64,000 nucleotides of DNA from Eledone cirrhosa (lineage: Eukaryota): the NCBI GenBank assembly GCA_964016885.1, contig OZ024743.1, positions 196,788,001-196,852,000 of the forward strand, given 5' to 3'. The notes beneath the pieces were generated by a model. That model saw only the letters and a list, made by a program, of their open reading frames with translations. It had not been told where the DNA came from and did no database searches. Within the stretch, counting starts at the first letter, position 1. Each line of letters opens with the position of its first letter. The position numbers were made by a program, and so were the translations under genes. Positions 13,115 to 27,022 of this stretch are shown here, in pieces.

Positions 13115-16100
13115 TTACAGACACATACTCAGAGAAGGCCCATTCATTCGGGCCATACTTGCTTCTCTCACCCATCTTTCAACAAAATACTGGGAAGAGA
13201 GCACTTCCCTCTCTACCCTGATTTTCCTTTTCAAATGAAATTTGAAAAAGTTAATCAGGGCATCACCGAAGAGGTAAGTGCTCGTCTTCAGCCCTTTCAA
13301 ACGTGTCCACCATACTATCTCTTTCGCCATGGCCACCAGACAGATAAAAACTGCCTGCCCTTCCCGGCTAAAGGAAGGGGGCGGGGCAATCCTCACGATG
13401 GACTCAGCTGATAGCTGGATCCGTCCTACACGTGACAGCAGGTGTTCGACATAAACCCACAAGTCAGCAATGCTCGGACACTGGACGAGTGCGTGCAGGA
13501 CGGTTTCGTCGCCCTGCGCGCATCTCGGACATGCCCGGCTGATGGCACCTCCATGCCTGTAGAGTTTATCCCGAACTGGCAAAGCTCCTCGGTAGCACTG
13601 CCAGGCCAGGTATTTCTGGAAGTTGTCCATAGGCCCCGGCCCGAAAGTCCTTCCGAAGAGATTGGCTAGTTGATTTTCGTCGACGCCTAGAGTTTCTCCA
13701 AGTACGTCGTCGCTCTTCCCCTCCACTAATCCCCTATAGAACGCCAAGGTGGAGTTTCCACCGATCACATTGCCCGATTGGTCGAGGGCTGTGAGCGCCT
13801 GAAGACATTCCAGTCTCCAAGCGCTCCCTCTCGGTCTTCGCTTGACCCAGGACTGCAGCTCCGTCAAGGAGACGAGCTGGGGAAAGACGTGTCTAGCAAA
13901 CGGCGACCACACCTGATCACCGTCGAGGAAGAGGTGGAGATGTTGTAGCCTGAGCGCGTGTCTGCGCATCATCAGCCACGGGATGCCCAGCCCTCCACGT
14001 AGTGGGTGTTGACAGCAGGTGGACCGCCTGATTATCGGAGCGCGTCCCTTCCACAAAAAGCGAAAGAGCAAACGCTCCAGCGCAGTCAGGCGGGGCTTAG
14101 GACAAAGTACGACGGTCAGGCAGTAGTAGATGACGGACGTGATGTACGCGTTAGCCACCTCCGCTCGACCTTTCAGGGATAGCTTCCTATCCGCCCATTT
14201 CTGGGTGAGAGAAGCCACCCTGCTCGTCACCTCGTCCCAGTTTTTGTCCGTCTGGAGGTCCGGACCGAACCAGACCCCTAGCAATTTAACCGGTCCGTCC
14301 GTCCAGCGCCCGACGACGCTGTTGGACGGCATGGACCTTCCTCTCCGGGTGCCGAGCTGCAGGCCCACTGACTTTTCCTGGTTGATCCTTGCCCCTGTCA
14401 CCGCTTCGTATTCTCTTAGTGTAGTGCCGAGCGCCTCGATGTGTTTGGCGTTCGACACCACTACGGTGACATCGTCCGCATATGCTGACACGGATCTTCC
14501 GCATCCTAGTTCGCGCGGGACCCCCCTCAACGCCTCCAGTTTGTGCAGTAATGGCTCGAGAGTCAATACGTGCAAGAGGGACGAGAGGGGACATCCTTGG
14601 CGGACCGAGCGCATGATGTTGAACGGTTCCGAAAGGTGACCGTTCACTCTCACCACAGAGCAGATGTTGCTGTGCATGGCAGCGATCCAGCCTCTGAAGA
14701 CGGGCCCAAAGCCTGCCGCCCCCAGGACTGCCGCTTGGTAACGATCGTCGACCCTATCGAAAGCTTTCAACTGATCTAAATTGATCAAGGACCCACCCGT
14801 GCCAGGTTCCCTAGCTACCCTCTCTACGATGTAGCGCATGAGGTGGAGGTTGTCGTGGATGGATCTGTCGGGAATGGCGCATGTCTGCGCCTCTCCCACC
14901 AGACCACCAGCGACAAGCGCCAACCTCTTTGCTAGCACCTTGGCCAAAATCTTGAACTCTGTGTTTAGCAGAGTTATGGGCCTAAAATTATCTGTTATCC
15001 CCCTTGTTCGGATCCTTTCTCAGCAGGGCCACAGCTCCTCGGCTCACAGAGCTGGGAATTCTCCCGTTCTGTTGCCAGTTGCAGTAGACGTCCGCCAAGA
15101 GGCCTCCGAACAAGTCTGGCATCTGTACGTAAAGTTCATAGGGAAGACCATCCAAACCAGGCGATTTACCCCTTGTGCAGCTAGTCATTGCCTCCCGTAC
15201 TTCAGCGGCTGTTATCGGCTTTTCGCAACACTCCGCCTCAGTGGCCGAGAGCCGCGGCAGTCCGTCGAGGTAGACACTAAAGTCCATCCCTCGATCCGGC
15301 CGCCGCTGCCCCCGAACAACTGAGCGAAGTGTCGCTGAAAAGCTTCACACATTTGCCCGGGATCGAGTAGCATGCGCTCGTCGTGGTCCACCAAAGACCG
15401 GATCGTGGCTTTGTTGCCACGATGCGCCTCCGCCACTCGGGCCCATTGAACGGCTTTCGTCCCCTCGTGTCTGAGAGCACGCACCCTAGCTCTGACAATG
15501 CATCCTTCGTGCTTTGCATTGAAGAATTGGTCAAGGGCCAATTTCGCCGCAAGTACGTCGGTCGCGATGCCTTTGCAAAGCGCCTCGTCTAATTTTATAA
15601 CTAATTCTCCCTCTACTCTATTTTTCTCTATTGCTAAAGCCTTACTAAACCTAATGGACTCTATTCTAATTGCTCTTTTAAGAGCAAACCACCACTTGTT
15701 GTTGACGATGGCCCCCGTCAACGCCCGCTTAACTAGTTCGCTAATCCGGTCTCTGTAGGCCTTGCGCGCTGGTAAAGACGCGTTTAGCTTCCAGTAGCCG
15801 GGTCCTCGTCTATGAAGCCTATCTAAGTCAAGTACACAGATCACGAATTTGTGGTCCGTGTAGCTGACTATCTTGAATTGTGGACAGCCTATGCTAGACC
15901 TATCTATTTCTCTACAAAATACTCTATCTAGATATGATCTGGATGACCCTATGCGATTTGTCCAAGTCCACATTGGCACATTCGGGAAATCCAATCGGTA
16001 CCTGTCAGACTGTTCAAAACGCCTGAGCAGGTTGGTGAGGCTCTTGGACCCTCCACCCCTATCCGCTAATCCCACACAGTCCCAGCGTGCATCTAAGATC

Positions 16101-16531
16101 CCGTTCCAGTCGCCCACTAACACTAAAGAGCGGGACGTTCCAAGAAAGGTCTCCAGACGCCGGAAGAAATCAGGCCGCCCTGCTCCTGTCGGGGCATAGA
16201 CGGCCACTAGCCTGAAAGCTTTCCCGTCTCCGCTTGTCACGTCTAGCACCACCAACTTACCTTCTGGGTCCAGGAAGATGGCCCGTATGGCGAGATACAA
16301 ACCTCTCCGAAAAAACACAGCAACTCCTCCCCCCGATCCAGGACGGCTGGGAGATGCGTACACATCGTAGCCGCCGAAGATCGGTGCGAAGGCCCGTGCT
16401 TCGGAGATTCTGGTCCCGCTTATGGCCACTACATCTATGTTTAGTGACCTGAGGTCGTTGAGCAGGTGGCCCTGCTTCCATGACGACCCCAAGCCACGCG
16501 CATTTATGCTGCCTATTCAGAGTGAGGTCAT
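13115..16531 (-). pseudogene. LINE ORF2p (APE endonuclease, RT, C-terminal zinc finger) with stop/frameshifts
   Basis: ORFs 15212-16492, 14988-15287, 13115-14947: KSPGLDG, DQLKAFDRV, VRQGCPLS, AYADD, CPRC...HALVQC. Confidence 0.9.
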
Positions 16532-16565
16532 GTTGAAATGGAGTGGAAAAGATGGGAAAGACCAC

Positions 16566-18284
16566 TTACCTTACTTCTCGTAGAGGAAGGACGGTTTTTC
16601 CATCCTTTTCACTGCTTGTGGCCTCCTCAGGAAGGATGTCCTTATAAATCCTCCTGGAGAGTGCTTGTCGGAAGTCTCCGATGTCTTTAGGGAATTTTTG
16701 TTTTAGTGTCATGTACGTTTTCTGTGTGATGCGAGTGATTTGTATGTGTGGAGGTGGTGTGAATTTTTGGGTTGTTGTGTAGTCTTTTTCTGTGATGCTG
16801 GTGTTGTGTTGGATGTAGTGTAATAATTCGTTGTTGTTCAAATTTAATGCTGTGTAGTGTGTATCGTTTTGGTTGTTTTGTTTTGTTTGCGTTTGTTGTG
16901 GGTTTGTTTCTGTTTCGCATTTTGGTGACTTTTGTGGTGTAGGTGATGGTGGTGTTGGGGTTAATGATGGTGATGGTGTTGGTGTTTGGGGTGATGGGGT
17001 TGGTGATGCTGGTGTGGATGGTGGCATATCTGTCCTAACTTTTTTGTTTGTTAATTTATTTGTTTCCCTCTGTATTTTGTTTTTGGAGGGGGAAGGAAGA
17101 GAATTTTTTCTTTTTTGGTTTCTTTTTTTCTTTTTTCCTGATACCGTTTCCCACTCCTCGTCGTCACAATCTGTCTCCAGTTGTGATAGGCCGGGGAGTG
17201 GAAAATCCTCCACAGGCGTTAGTTTTGGTTGTGACGTGGTGGATGGTGTAGGCGCTGGTGCTAGTTCTGAAGCGTTGGGTGGTGGTGGTGTTGGTTTTGC
17301 TGGTGGCGGTGGTGTTGGTTTTGCTACTGTTGCTGGGGTTGTTGCTGTTATAGTTGCTTCTGCTGTTGCTGCTACAGTTGTTGCTGCTATCTCTGCTACT
17401 GGTGGTGTTGATGGTTGAGTGACTGGGGTGGGTAGGAGAGGTGGCCTCAACCTTTTAGCCTGAGGGCAGAAAGCCCTTAGGTGGGTTCCTTCACCACAAA
17501 CGACACACCCAGGCCTTCTGCCCTCGACAATTACGGTGAGGTGGCTGCCGTCAGTGAGGTCTATTACCTCTGGGATCTCCTCAATGCTTTTTTGGTCCGC
17601 TTGGATCAGGAGCTCCATCCCAGATCCGGACCAGTTCTCCTGCTTTTCTTTTGCTATTGCTATTATCTTTGTGTTGGCTTCGATGCCGGCGAGGACGGCT
17701 GCTATTAGCCAGGGAATTTCGATGGCCGGTGGAACGTGGGTCACCCTGATCTTTACGAGTCTCTGGCCACAATAGCTTGGGACGAGTGTGAAGTCGTCAC
17801 TTCTTAATGGGGCCATGGAGTGTTCTCTAGCCTCCTCTGGTGTTTCAAAGAACACGTCCACGGTTCCATACTTCTGCCCTCGTCTGATGTGGGTTTTTCT
17901 TGCCCACACATGTCCCAAAGCTTTTTGGATTTGGGACTCGGATGCCCGTTCCACTCGGCGCGATTTTACATTAATTGTTCGATACGACACGGTGCATAGG
18001 CGCCGATGCTCCATTTTATTAGATTGGGGGGTGAGGCTGACCCTGTACCCATCTTTCTTTACCATTTTTTTGGCATTTTCTAATTCCTCCTGAGTTACCG
18101 TAAATGCTTCGCACTGTTTTGCTACTCTGGCAAAACTCAGGGTGGTTTTTTTTAATGTCATTGTTGCTGTTGTTGTTATCGTTATTTTTGTTATTATTAA
18201 TTTTAGTTTCAGTTGTGGTGGTGGTGACGTCAGTGGTGTTCGGTGTGGAAGAGTCGATTTTGGTTGAAAACATTTCGACATCAC
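16566..18284 (-). CDS. LINE ORF1p (CCHC zinc knuckle, Pro/Thr-rich C-terminal part); 5' part frameshifted
   Basis: 572-aa ORF with CVVCGEGTHLRAFC. Confidence 0.8.
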   Translation of the reverse strand: MMSKCFQPKSTLPHRTPLTSPPPQLKLKLIITKITITTTATMTLKKTTLSFARVAKQCEAFTVTQEELENAKKMVKKDGYRVSLTPQSNKMEHRRLCTVSYRTINVKSRRVERASESQIQKALGHVWARKTHIRRGQKYGTVDVFFETPEEAREHSMAPLRSDDFTLVPSYCGQRLVKIRVTHVPPAIEIPWLIAAVLAGIEANTKIIAIAKEKQENWSGSGMELLIQADQKSIEEIPEVIDLTDGSHLTVIVEGRRPGCVVCGEGTHLRAFCPQAKRLRPPLLPTPVTQPSTPPVAEIAATTVAATAEATITATTPATVAKPTPPPPAKPTPPPPNASELAPAPTPSTTSQPKLTPVEDFPLPGLSQLETDCDDEEWETVSGKKKKRNQKRKNSLPSPSKNKIQRETNKLTNKKVRTDMPPSTPASPTPSPQTPTPSPSLTPTPPSPTPQKSPKCETETNPQQTQTKQNNQNDTHYTALNLNNNELLHYIQHNTSITEKDYTTTQKFTPPPHIQITRITQKTYMTLKQKFPKDIGDFRQALSRRIYKDILPEEATSSEKDGKTVLPLREVR

Positions 18285-18869
18285 GAGTTGATTTATTTTT
18301 TCCTTTTGTTTCTGTTGTCGCGGTGGTGGTGGGGGGTGGGGGTTGTCGCGGTGGTGGTGGCGGTTTTAACACCTGCAGTCATTGGTAATGGCGGGAAATG
18401 AATGTCTGCCTGAGACAAATTTAAAATATTGCTACTGCTTAAATTGTTGGTGTTGGAAGACGTATAATCATTTAGACACTCTTTCTTCATCTCTCTCTCT
18501 CTCTGTCCCTCTGCTCAATATATGGTTATACCTTAACCCGACCTTTTACTATACATGTAGTAATCAGCTGTTTACAGCTACCCATCGTGCTGAGAATCCT
18601 ACAATTTTATGAAAATATATAATAAATTTCTGCGACAAATAAATACATCAATAAACATCATACATCATTACTCCGTAGTAGAGTAGTGGACATGTCCAAA
18701 GAAGTGCAGAGGCACTTTGGTGTTATGAACTGAATCCTGATTTGGCATGGGTGAATGTAGACAGTGTGGTAGAAAATGCAGAGTTACTAATTTTTTTTCC
18801 AGTGATCAGAGAAAGAATTGTCAATAACTAGGTTTGTCATCTTGCCAAAGATTACCTTGAAATTAGCGT

Positions 18870-19060
18870 CGGAAAACATGCTTCGCAACATAGAGTTACG
18901 GCCCTCTAAGTTCTGAGTTCAAATCCCGTAGAGGTTAGCTTTGCCTTTCATCCTTACAGGGTCGATAAAATAAAGCACCAGTAATGCACCGGGGTCGATT
19001 TGATCGCCTTTCCCCTCCCTTTCCAATTACTAGCCTTGTGCCTAAAGTAGACACAATTAT
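18870..19060 (+). mobile_element. SINE family 2 with Nin/Deu-like central domain
   Basis: ctgagttcaaatccc...ttgcctttcatccttac.gggtcgataaaataaag.accagt...gccttgtgcc; related copies at ~24705-24800, ~37410-37582, ~38465-38690, ~39135-39360, ~39395-39600, ~46170-46385(-), ~21379-21432(-). Confidence 0.75.
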
Positions 19061-19679
19061 TTGAGAAAATAAGGTGCTTAAATGTGAGATGATACATTAT
19101 AGGTCTGGCCTAGGGCGCTAAATACTCAGGCTTCTCAGATACCCTGCCTCTTTACCTTGAATTTTGTGATGATATTCATCACATGGTGGATGGATGGCGA
19201 AAGCATTATTTTTTTCTGTCTGTCTTGAAAGTTTTCTCTTGGACGCTTTGCTTATCTGACACAGAGTAGATTTGATAATAAAACTGACTGTGGAATTTCG
19301 AATAATTGATTCCAGAAAGTGTATGCGGTTAACAAGACGTAAAGAGCTGCATATGTTTTGCACTTTAGCAAAAGAAGAAAAAATAGAGATAATACGAAAC
19401 ATTTTAACTGAAAGCCTCTGCACTTGGATTTTATTCAGATAATAGATGGTATCAATTTAAAGCGGGAAAAATATTAAATGGATAAATATTTGAGGATGTT
19501 ATATAAACACTGACAAAGCACTGGAACACTAAGGTCGGACTGAATGACTGAATAGTGCATTAGACCACATACAGACACAAACACACACATGCAGATAAAA
19601 ACACACACACACACACACACCACACACACACATACACGTAAATACACTAAACACGATAGAGCGTGTTGGTGACTATATG

Positions 19680-19869
19680 TATGTAGTTATACACACACAC
19701 AGACACACACACACACAAACACATATATATATACATACATGTATGTATGTATGTGTACGGGCATAGTACATGTATATATACGAGTGCTCATGTACGTATG
19801 CGTGTGCGTGTGCTAAATTATATGTTTATCCATATATGTAGATATATACTTATATATATATATATATAT

Positions 19870-19926
<57 letters not shown>

Positions 19927-19942
19927 TATGTATTTATATATG

Positions 19943-19982
<40 letters not shown>

Positions 19983-20048
19983 TATATAAATATATATATA
20001 TATAAATATATATACATATATGTGTATATACACACACACACACACACG

Positions 20049-20124
<76 letters not shown>

Positions 20125-20245
20125 AGTATATATCTACATATATGGATAAACATAATTTAGCACATGCACACGCATACGTACATGAGCACTCGTATATATA
20201 CATGTACTATGCACGTACACATACATACATGTATGTATATATATA

Positions 20246-20295
<50 letters not shown>
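19680..20295. repeat. Inverted duplication of a compound microsatellite
   Basis: tacgagtgctcatgtacgtatgcgtgtgc (~19780) is mirrored by gcacacgcatacgtacatgagcactcgta (~20166). Confidence 0.85.
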
Positions 20296-20296
<1 letters not shown>

Positions 20297-20538
20297 AGCA
20301 GTTGTCTGGAACTAAACTGGCATTAAACCAATCATTTCTGCACGATGTCTCTTGATTTCAGTCGCTCCAACAAATTCTCAGACCCACATGAAAGAATTGC
20401 TTGTCGTATCCTTTCGTGCTAGGAGCCTTATCCATTTTTTTTTTTTTTTTTGTAAATGCCACAAATGCTGTTGTTGTTGTTGTTGTTGTCAGTATAGGAT
20501 GGGGGGTGGGGTGGGGGGATGGAACTCTTTCGGTTCCA

Positions 20539-21186
20539 ACGGCATGTGTTTCTAGTTGTTCGACGGCATGTGTTTCTAGTTGTTTGACGGCATGTGTTTC
20601 TAGTTGTTCGACGGCATGTGTTTCTAGTTGTTCGACGGCATGTGTTTCTAGTTGTTCGACGGCATGTGTTTCTAGTTGTTCGACGGCATGTGTTTCTAGT
20701 TGTTCGACGGCATGTGTTTCTAGTTGTTCGACGGCATGTGTTTCTAGTTGTTCGACGGCATGTGTTTCTAGTTGTTCGACGGCATGTGTTTCTAGTTGTT
20801 CGACGGCATGTGTTTCTAGTTGTTCGACGGCATGTGTTTCTAGTTGTTCGACGGCATGTGTTTCTAGTTGTTCGACGGCATGTGTTTCTAGTTGTTCGAC
20901 GGCATGTGTTTCTAGTTGTTCGACGGCATGTGTTTCTAGTTGTTCGACGGCATGTGTTTCTAGTTGTTCGACGGCATGTGTTTCTAGTTGTTCGACGGCA
21001 TGTGTTTCTAGTTGTTCGACGGCATGTGTTTCTAGTTGTTCGACGGCATGTGTTTCTAGTTGTTCGACGGCATGTGTTTCTAGTTGTTCGACGGCATGTG
21101 TTTCTAGTTGTTTGACGGCATGTGTTTCTAGTTGTTCGACGGCATGTGTTTCTAGTTGTTCGACGGCATGTGTTTCTAGTTGTTCG
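20539..21186. repeat. 24-bp minisatellite, 27 near-perfect copies (acggcatgtgtttctagttgttcg)
   Basis: 648 bp / 24 = 27; only two C>T variants seen; no spacers. Confidence 0.97.
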
Positions 21187-21189
21187 AAA

Positions 21190-21345
21190 ACGGCTTGCTT
21201 GTGAAATTGAAGTACACGGAGTAGGCTAACCGCAGATGCAAGCCGCGCGAGCTGGAATGGCTCTTCCAGCGCGTCTCCTTCACCATCCTCCGAGGGGTGG
21301 GGGTGACGGGGTGGACGCTTTCTCTATTCTGTCCGCTGAGGCCGC
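21190..21345 (+). pseudogene. C-terminal fragment of a CRE-clade non-LTR element endonuclease
   Basis: KLKYTE*...PRELEWLFQRVSFTILRG, then (frameshift) DAFSILSA, resembling the CRE-type FQRxSxAxxRGNA motif. Confidence 0.5.
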
Positions 21346-21508
21346 CGGGCGGCCAGCGCGAGGGCCCCCATTTGCTGATAATAGTTGTTTCTACTTTTGG
21401 AACAAGGCCAGCAATTACCCAGTACATTACTTAGTGAGAGATGGGGAGAACGGGAGAGACGGAGGCAGTGACAGTTTGGTTCTTTTGTGTTCGGACCTGG
21501 TGTATATA

Positions 21509-21551
<43 letters not shown>

Positions 21552-22041
21552 ATATAGATGTGTATATGTAGACAGTATCTATCAATTAATCCTCAGAATT
21601 GGCTGATCATTTCACGTAGATTTGTGACACAGTGTGGGACAAGGTCTGCCGTTTCAATTACAGGTACAACTAGTTTTATGCCCGCTGAGTGGGTTGGAGG
21701 AATATGAAATAAAGTGACTTGCTCAATGAGAGAAAATGCCTCCGGAATCGAACTCACATCTTTATGGTCGTAAGCCGGACACCATAACGACTATGCCATT
21801 GTCATAGAAACAAAGGAGATTCAATAATTATACAATAATAACTGATAAATAAATATCTCTGCTGTGGTCTTCATAAACATATTTATAGGTAATAGAGTTT
21901 TGCTCAATATATTTAAAACCGAGCATAAAATACCAGAGGGTTTTTTCTTTTTGTTTATCAAAGAGGAAACGACATTTGATTGATTGGAGATTCCTTAATA
22001 GGTGTGAAACTTGAAATAATAATGTATTATCTTCAACAGTC

Positions 22042-22076
<35 letters not shown>

Positions 22077-22280
22077 TGTGTGTGTGTGTGTGTGTGTATA
22101 CTATTTTAAGGTATCAGAACATATGTAATATGTATGATGCTTGTAGCTTTACCAAAATCCATAGTTGGTGATCGATAATCGATTGCTCGTATCAATTTTT
22201 GTTATGGTTCATGAAATGGTACCATAAAGAAAAAGAACTTTTCCACCTTGAAGTACGTATTTTTTCCTAAATATTATATA

Positions 22281-22356
22281 TTAGGTTGTAACATAAATTC
22301 CCGCCGCTTTTATTAAACAAATTATAACAACAGCGGGAATTTCTTTTACAACCCAA
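22281..22356. mobile_element. 76-bp mariner-type MITE
   Basis: TIRs ttaggttgtaacataaattcccgc / gcgggaatttcttttacaacccaa; preceded by TA. Confidence 0.65.
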
Positions 22357-22628
22357 TGAAACCGGTACCATGATTAAATGCGGAAAACCCCACTCTATAA
22401 ATAAATGTTTTGATATTATACTGAAAATATCCCTCCAGCTTTTTACTATTTATTTATATATATCAACTCATGTGTCACTTTTCTACATTCCATATATATT
22501 CGATTTATCGTTTTCGGTGCACCCGGCCGACTAAACTCACTCGATATGAAAATTAGGCTGCTCAGCCGTTAATATGCATAACGAAAGTATATACTCTCAG
22601 ACGTTCAACCATCTGGCAGTAAGGTATA

Positions 22629-22669
22629 CGATGCTGACGATAGCTAATAAGCTTGAAACTAGTACATCG
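22629..22669 (+). ncRNA. Minimal type I hammerhead, unit 1
   Basis: cgatg CTGACGA t-agct-aata-agct-t GAAA ctag TA catcg; predicted cut after 22664. Confidence 0.88.
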
Positions 22670-23039
22670 TTCCTGTGTCAGTGTTGAACAAAAAGGTGAC
22701 GTGGTTGCCTAAACACTGTAAGGCGTAATTCGGGCTGTTTGTTTGTTTACAAACAAACCGAGCATTATAATAAATGTTCGGTAAACCGATACGTGCATAT
22801 ATATGTGTGTGTACATGTATGTATATATATATACATACTACTGTACGTCTGTATACATATATGTATGTACGTATACATACATACATACTTACATTTAAGT
22901 AACTGCCGTACTAAGAGTGAGAAATGAAATTTCGTTTCATTCTATTCCATTTATATATATATATATGTAAATTGGGCTACTCAGCCGTTAATATGCATAA
23001 GGTAAGTATATACGTTCAACAATCTGGCAGGAAGGTATA

Positions 23040-23080
23040 CGTTGCTGACGATAGCTAACAAGCTTGAAACTAGTACAGTG
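23040..23080 (+). ncRNA. Minimal type I hammerhead, unit 2
   Basis: cgttg CTGACGA tagctaacaagctt GAAA ctag TA cagtg. Confidence 0.8.
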
Positions 23081-23461
23081 TTCCTTTGTCAGTGTTGAAC
23101 AAACGAGTAACGATGGTTGCTAGACACTACGGCTTAATACGGGATGTTTGTTTACAAACACACCGAGCATTATAATAAATGTTCGGTGAATCCATACGTG
23201 CATATATATATGTGTGCATGTATGTATATATATATATACATACTACTGTACGTCGGTATACATATATGTATGTACGTGTACATACTTATATTTAAGTAAC
23301 AGCCGTACTAAGAGTGGGAAATGAAATATCGTTTCATTTTTTCCGTTTATCGTTTTCGGTGCACCCGGCCGATTAACCCACTCGATATGCAAATTGGGCT
23401 ACTAAGCCGTTAATATGCATAAGCTAAGTATATACGTTAAACAATCTGGCAGGAAGGTATA

Positions 23462-23502
23462 CGTTGCTGACGATAGCTAACAAGCTTGAAACTAGTACAG
23501 TG
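23462..23502 (+). ncRNA. Minimal type I hammerhead, unit 3
   Basis: Identical to unit 2. Confidence 0.8.
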
Positions 23503-23881
23503 TTCCTTTGTCAGTGTTGAACAAACGAGTAACGATGGTTGCTAGACACTACGGCTTAATACGGGATGTTTGTTTACAAACACACCGAGCATTATAATAA
23601 ATGTTCGGTGAATCCATACGTGCATATATATATGTGTGCATGTATGTATATATATATACATACTACTGTACGTCGGTATACATATATGTATGTACGTGTA
23701 CATACTTATATTTAAGTAACAGCCGTACTAAGAGTGGGAAATGAAATATCGTTTCATTTTTTCCGTTTATCGTTTTCGGTGCACCCGGCCGATTAACCCA
23801 CTCGATATGCAAATTGGGCTACTAAGCCGTTAATATGCATAAGGTAAGTATATACGTTCAACAATCTGGCAGGAAGGTATA

Positions 23882-23922
23882 CGTTGCTGACGATAGCTAA
23901 CAAGCTTGAAACTAGTACAGCG
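23882..23922 (+). ncRNA. Minimal type I hammerhead, unit 4
   Basis: cgttg CTGACGA...GAAA ctag TA cagcg. Confidence 0.82.
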
Positions 23923-24124
23923 TTCCTTTGTCAGTGTTGAACAAACGAGCAACGGTGGTTGCTAGACACTACGGCTTAATACGGGATGTTTGTTTACAAA
24001 CACACCGAGCATTATAATAAATGTTCGGTGAATCCATACGTGCATATATATATGTGTGCATGTATGTATATATATGTACATACTACTGTACGTCGGTATA
24101 CATATATGTATGTACGTGTACATA

Positions 24125-24199
<75 letters not shown>

Positions 24200-24240
24200 A
24201 AATGAAAATCCGAAGGCACGGTAAAATTCAAATCATTTAA

Positions 24241-24314
24241 TCACGACACATGTTTCAATAAGAGATAGATCGATCGTGAAGCCATGATCGATTATCACTC
24301 ATCTCATCAGGTGA
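24241..24314 (-). ncRNA. Type I hammerhead with ~20-bp stem II
   Basis: tcac CTGATGA gatgagtgataatcgatcatg-gctt-cacgatcgatctatctcttatt GAAA catgtg TC gtga; GUC triplet. Confidence 0.82.
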
Positions 24315-24895
24315 AAATGAATTGTCTTCAAATTCTTGATATGAGGGAGAAAATTAGCGATGTTCACTCACAGAGTTTATTCCCTCATATGAAGATCCAG
24401 CCGTCAGAAATACGGCGACTGCCATCAACTTCAGTTGAGGTCATAAAAGCTGTCAGATTTCTATCGCTGCAAAAGACGCTGGACATCAATCAAATCTGTA
24501 GAGATATAGTCGGTCACAGTTAATGTGAATGAGTACATACACACTCCATACCCACATACACCGGCTCGAGGTCAAAGAAAAAAATATATATATATATACA
24601 CATATCAACACAGTATCAAACCTGTAGAACTATAGAAGGTCACAGTTAGTGTGGGTGGATATTCAATTTGTTGGTAATTCAACAAATATAAATGTTTATA
24701 ACTGATTAACTTTGCCTTTTATCCTTACGGGGTCGATGAAATAAAGTACCAGTAATGCACTGTTTAATTGCTGGCCTTGTGCCAAAAGTAGAAATAATAA
24801 ATGTTTATAACTGATTCAAACCACTCGACAAGTTTTCTGGAGTATAATATTCAATGATATTAAATAAATGGAAACTATATTTATAAAACCATATT

Positions 24896-24956
24896 TATTC
24901 TATTATATATATTTCAAGGGTACCAAAACTTTGGTACGCTCTCATCAGATAAAATA
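24896..24956 (-). ncRNA. Type I hammerhead, same family as 5459-5519
   Basis: tattttat CTGATGA gagcgtaccaaagttttggtaccctt GAAA tatatATA atagaata. Confidence 0.8.
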
Positions 24957-25392
24957 CAAAGTTTGTTTTATAAATATTGACATAACCAGAAAAAATACCT
25001 TAACGGTTCAAGTTTTTCCTGGAAAAAAGTGAACCGTTAAGGTATTTTTTCCACCTTAGCGAATCAGGTCCCTTACGATTTGAACTCATATACCTATATG
25101 TCTGTGTTCGTTTTTCTTTTATATTCTATTATAATATACGGCTCAGAAATATCTCTTTCTTAGAGCTATTTCGTTGTAAGAGACTATTTTGAGTTCCTAA
25201 CTCAATATATACCTTTGATATATTCGGCTCCCTTAATTTGTTGAGCTATTTCAAATGTCGAGTAAACCTGGCTGCTATTTTTAGTGATGTGGGTTTGTGA
25301 GACACTCTAGGATGCCATGTGCGCTATTTTATATATATTTTCATATATTTTATATATAGCATACTTGGATGTGTCTAGGATACTAATTCATC

Positions 25393-25464
25393 ACCCACTG
25401 ATGAGCTTGGAATGGTATTTCTATTCACAATTAACTTTGCGAAACAACAACAAGTAGTCTGGGT
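25393..25464 (+). ncRNA. Type I hammerhead ribozyme
   Basis: accca CTGATGA gc...gc GAAA c...g TC tgggt; perfect stem I; weak stems II and III. Confidence 0.65.
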
Positions 25465-25637
25465 ATTTGGTAGTTACCACAATTCCGGTTTGTATTTATT
25501 TTCTTAATTTTTTCTTAAATTGAAACAAGCGAACCCAATTGTCTTTTCACCTTAGCGAATCAGGTCCCTTACGATTTGAACACATATATCTATATATCTG
25601 TGTTCGTTTTTTCTTTTATATTTTTCTTTTATATTCT

Positions 25638-26863
<1,226 letters not shown>

Positions 26864-26876
26864 TATATATATATAA

Positions 26877-26965
<89 letters not shown>

Positions 26966-26981
26966 CATATATATATATATA

Positions 26982-27022
<41 letters not shown>

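Larger units (their letters stand above)
12826..18490 (-). mobile_element. Tx1/L1-clade LINE copy A2, near full length, with AATAAA and (ATT)n tail
   Basis: ORF1 plus ORF2 (APE, RT, zinc finger); 3' end ggttaataaagaaaac(att)n at 12826-12885. Confidence 0.92.
22504..24128 (+). mobile_element. ~420-bp tandem repeat (about 4 units), one hammerhead per unit; retrozyme-like
   Basis: CTGACGA cores at 22634, 23045, 23467, 23887 (spacings 411, 422, 420); units 2-4 nearly identical; no real ORF. Confidence 0.85.

Noticed and set aside
13064-16565. Plus-strand and off-frame ORFs overlapping LINE ORF2 (also throughout 41-58 kb)
   Set aside because: Antisense or alternative-frame shadows of GC-rich RT coding sequence.
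18600-19450. Possible host exons (ORF 19118-19423)
   Set aside because: No recognisable domain or convincing splice context; cannot be supported without a database search.
20539-21186. CRISPR-like appearance of the 24-bp repeats; Cys-rich 267-aa ORF
   Set aside because: Units are contiguous with no unique spacers, there are no cas genes and the context is eukaryotic; the ORF is a repeat artefact.
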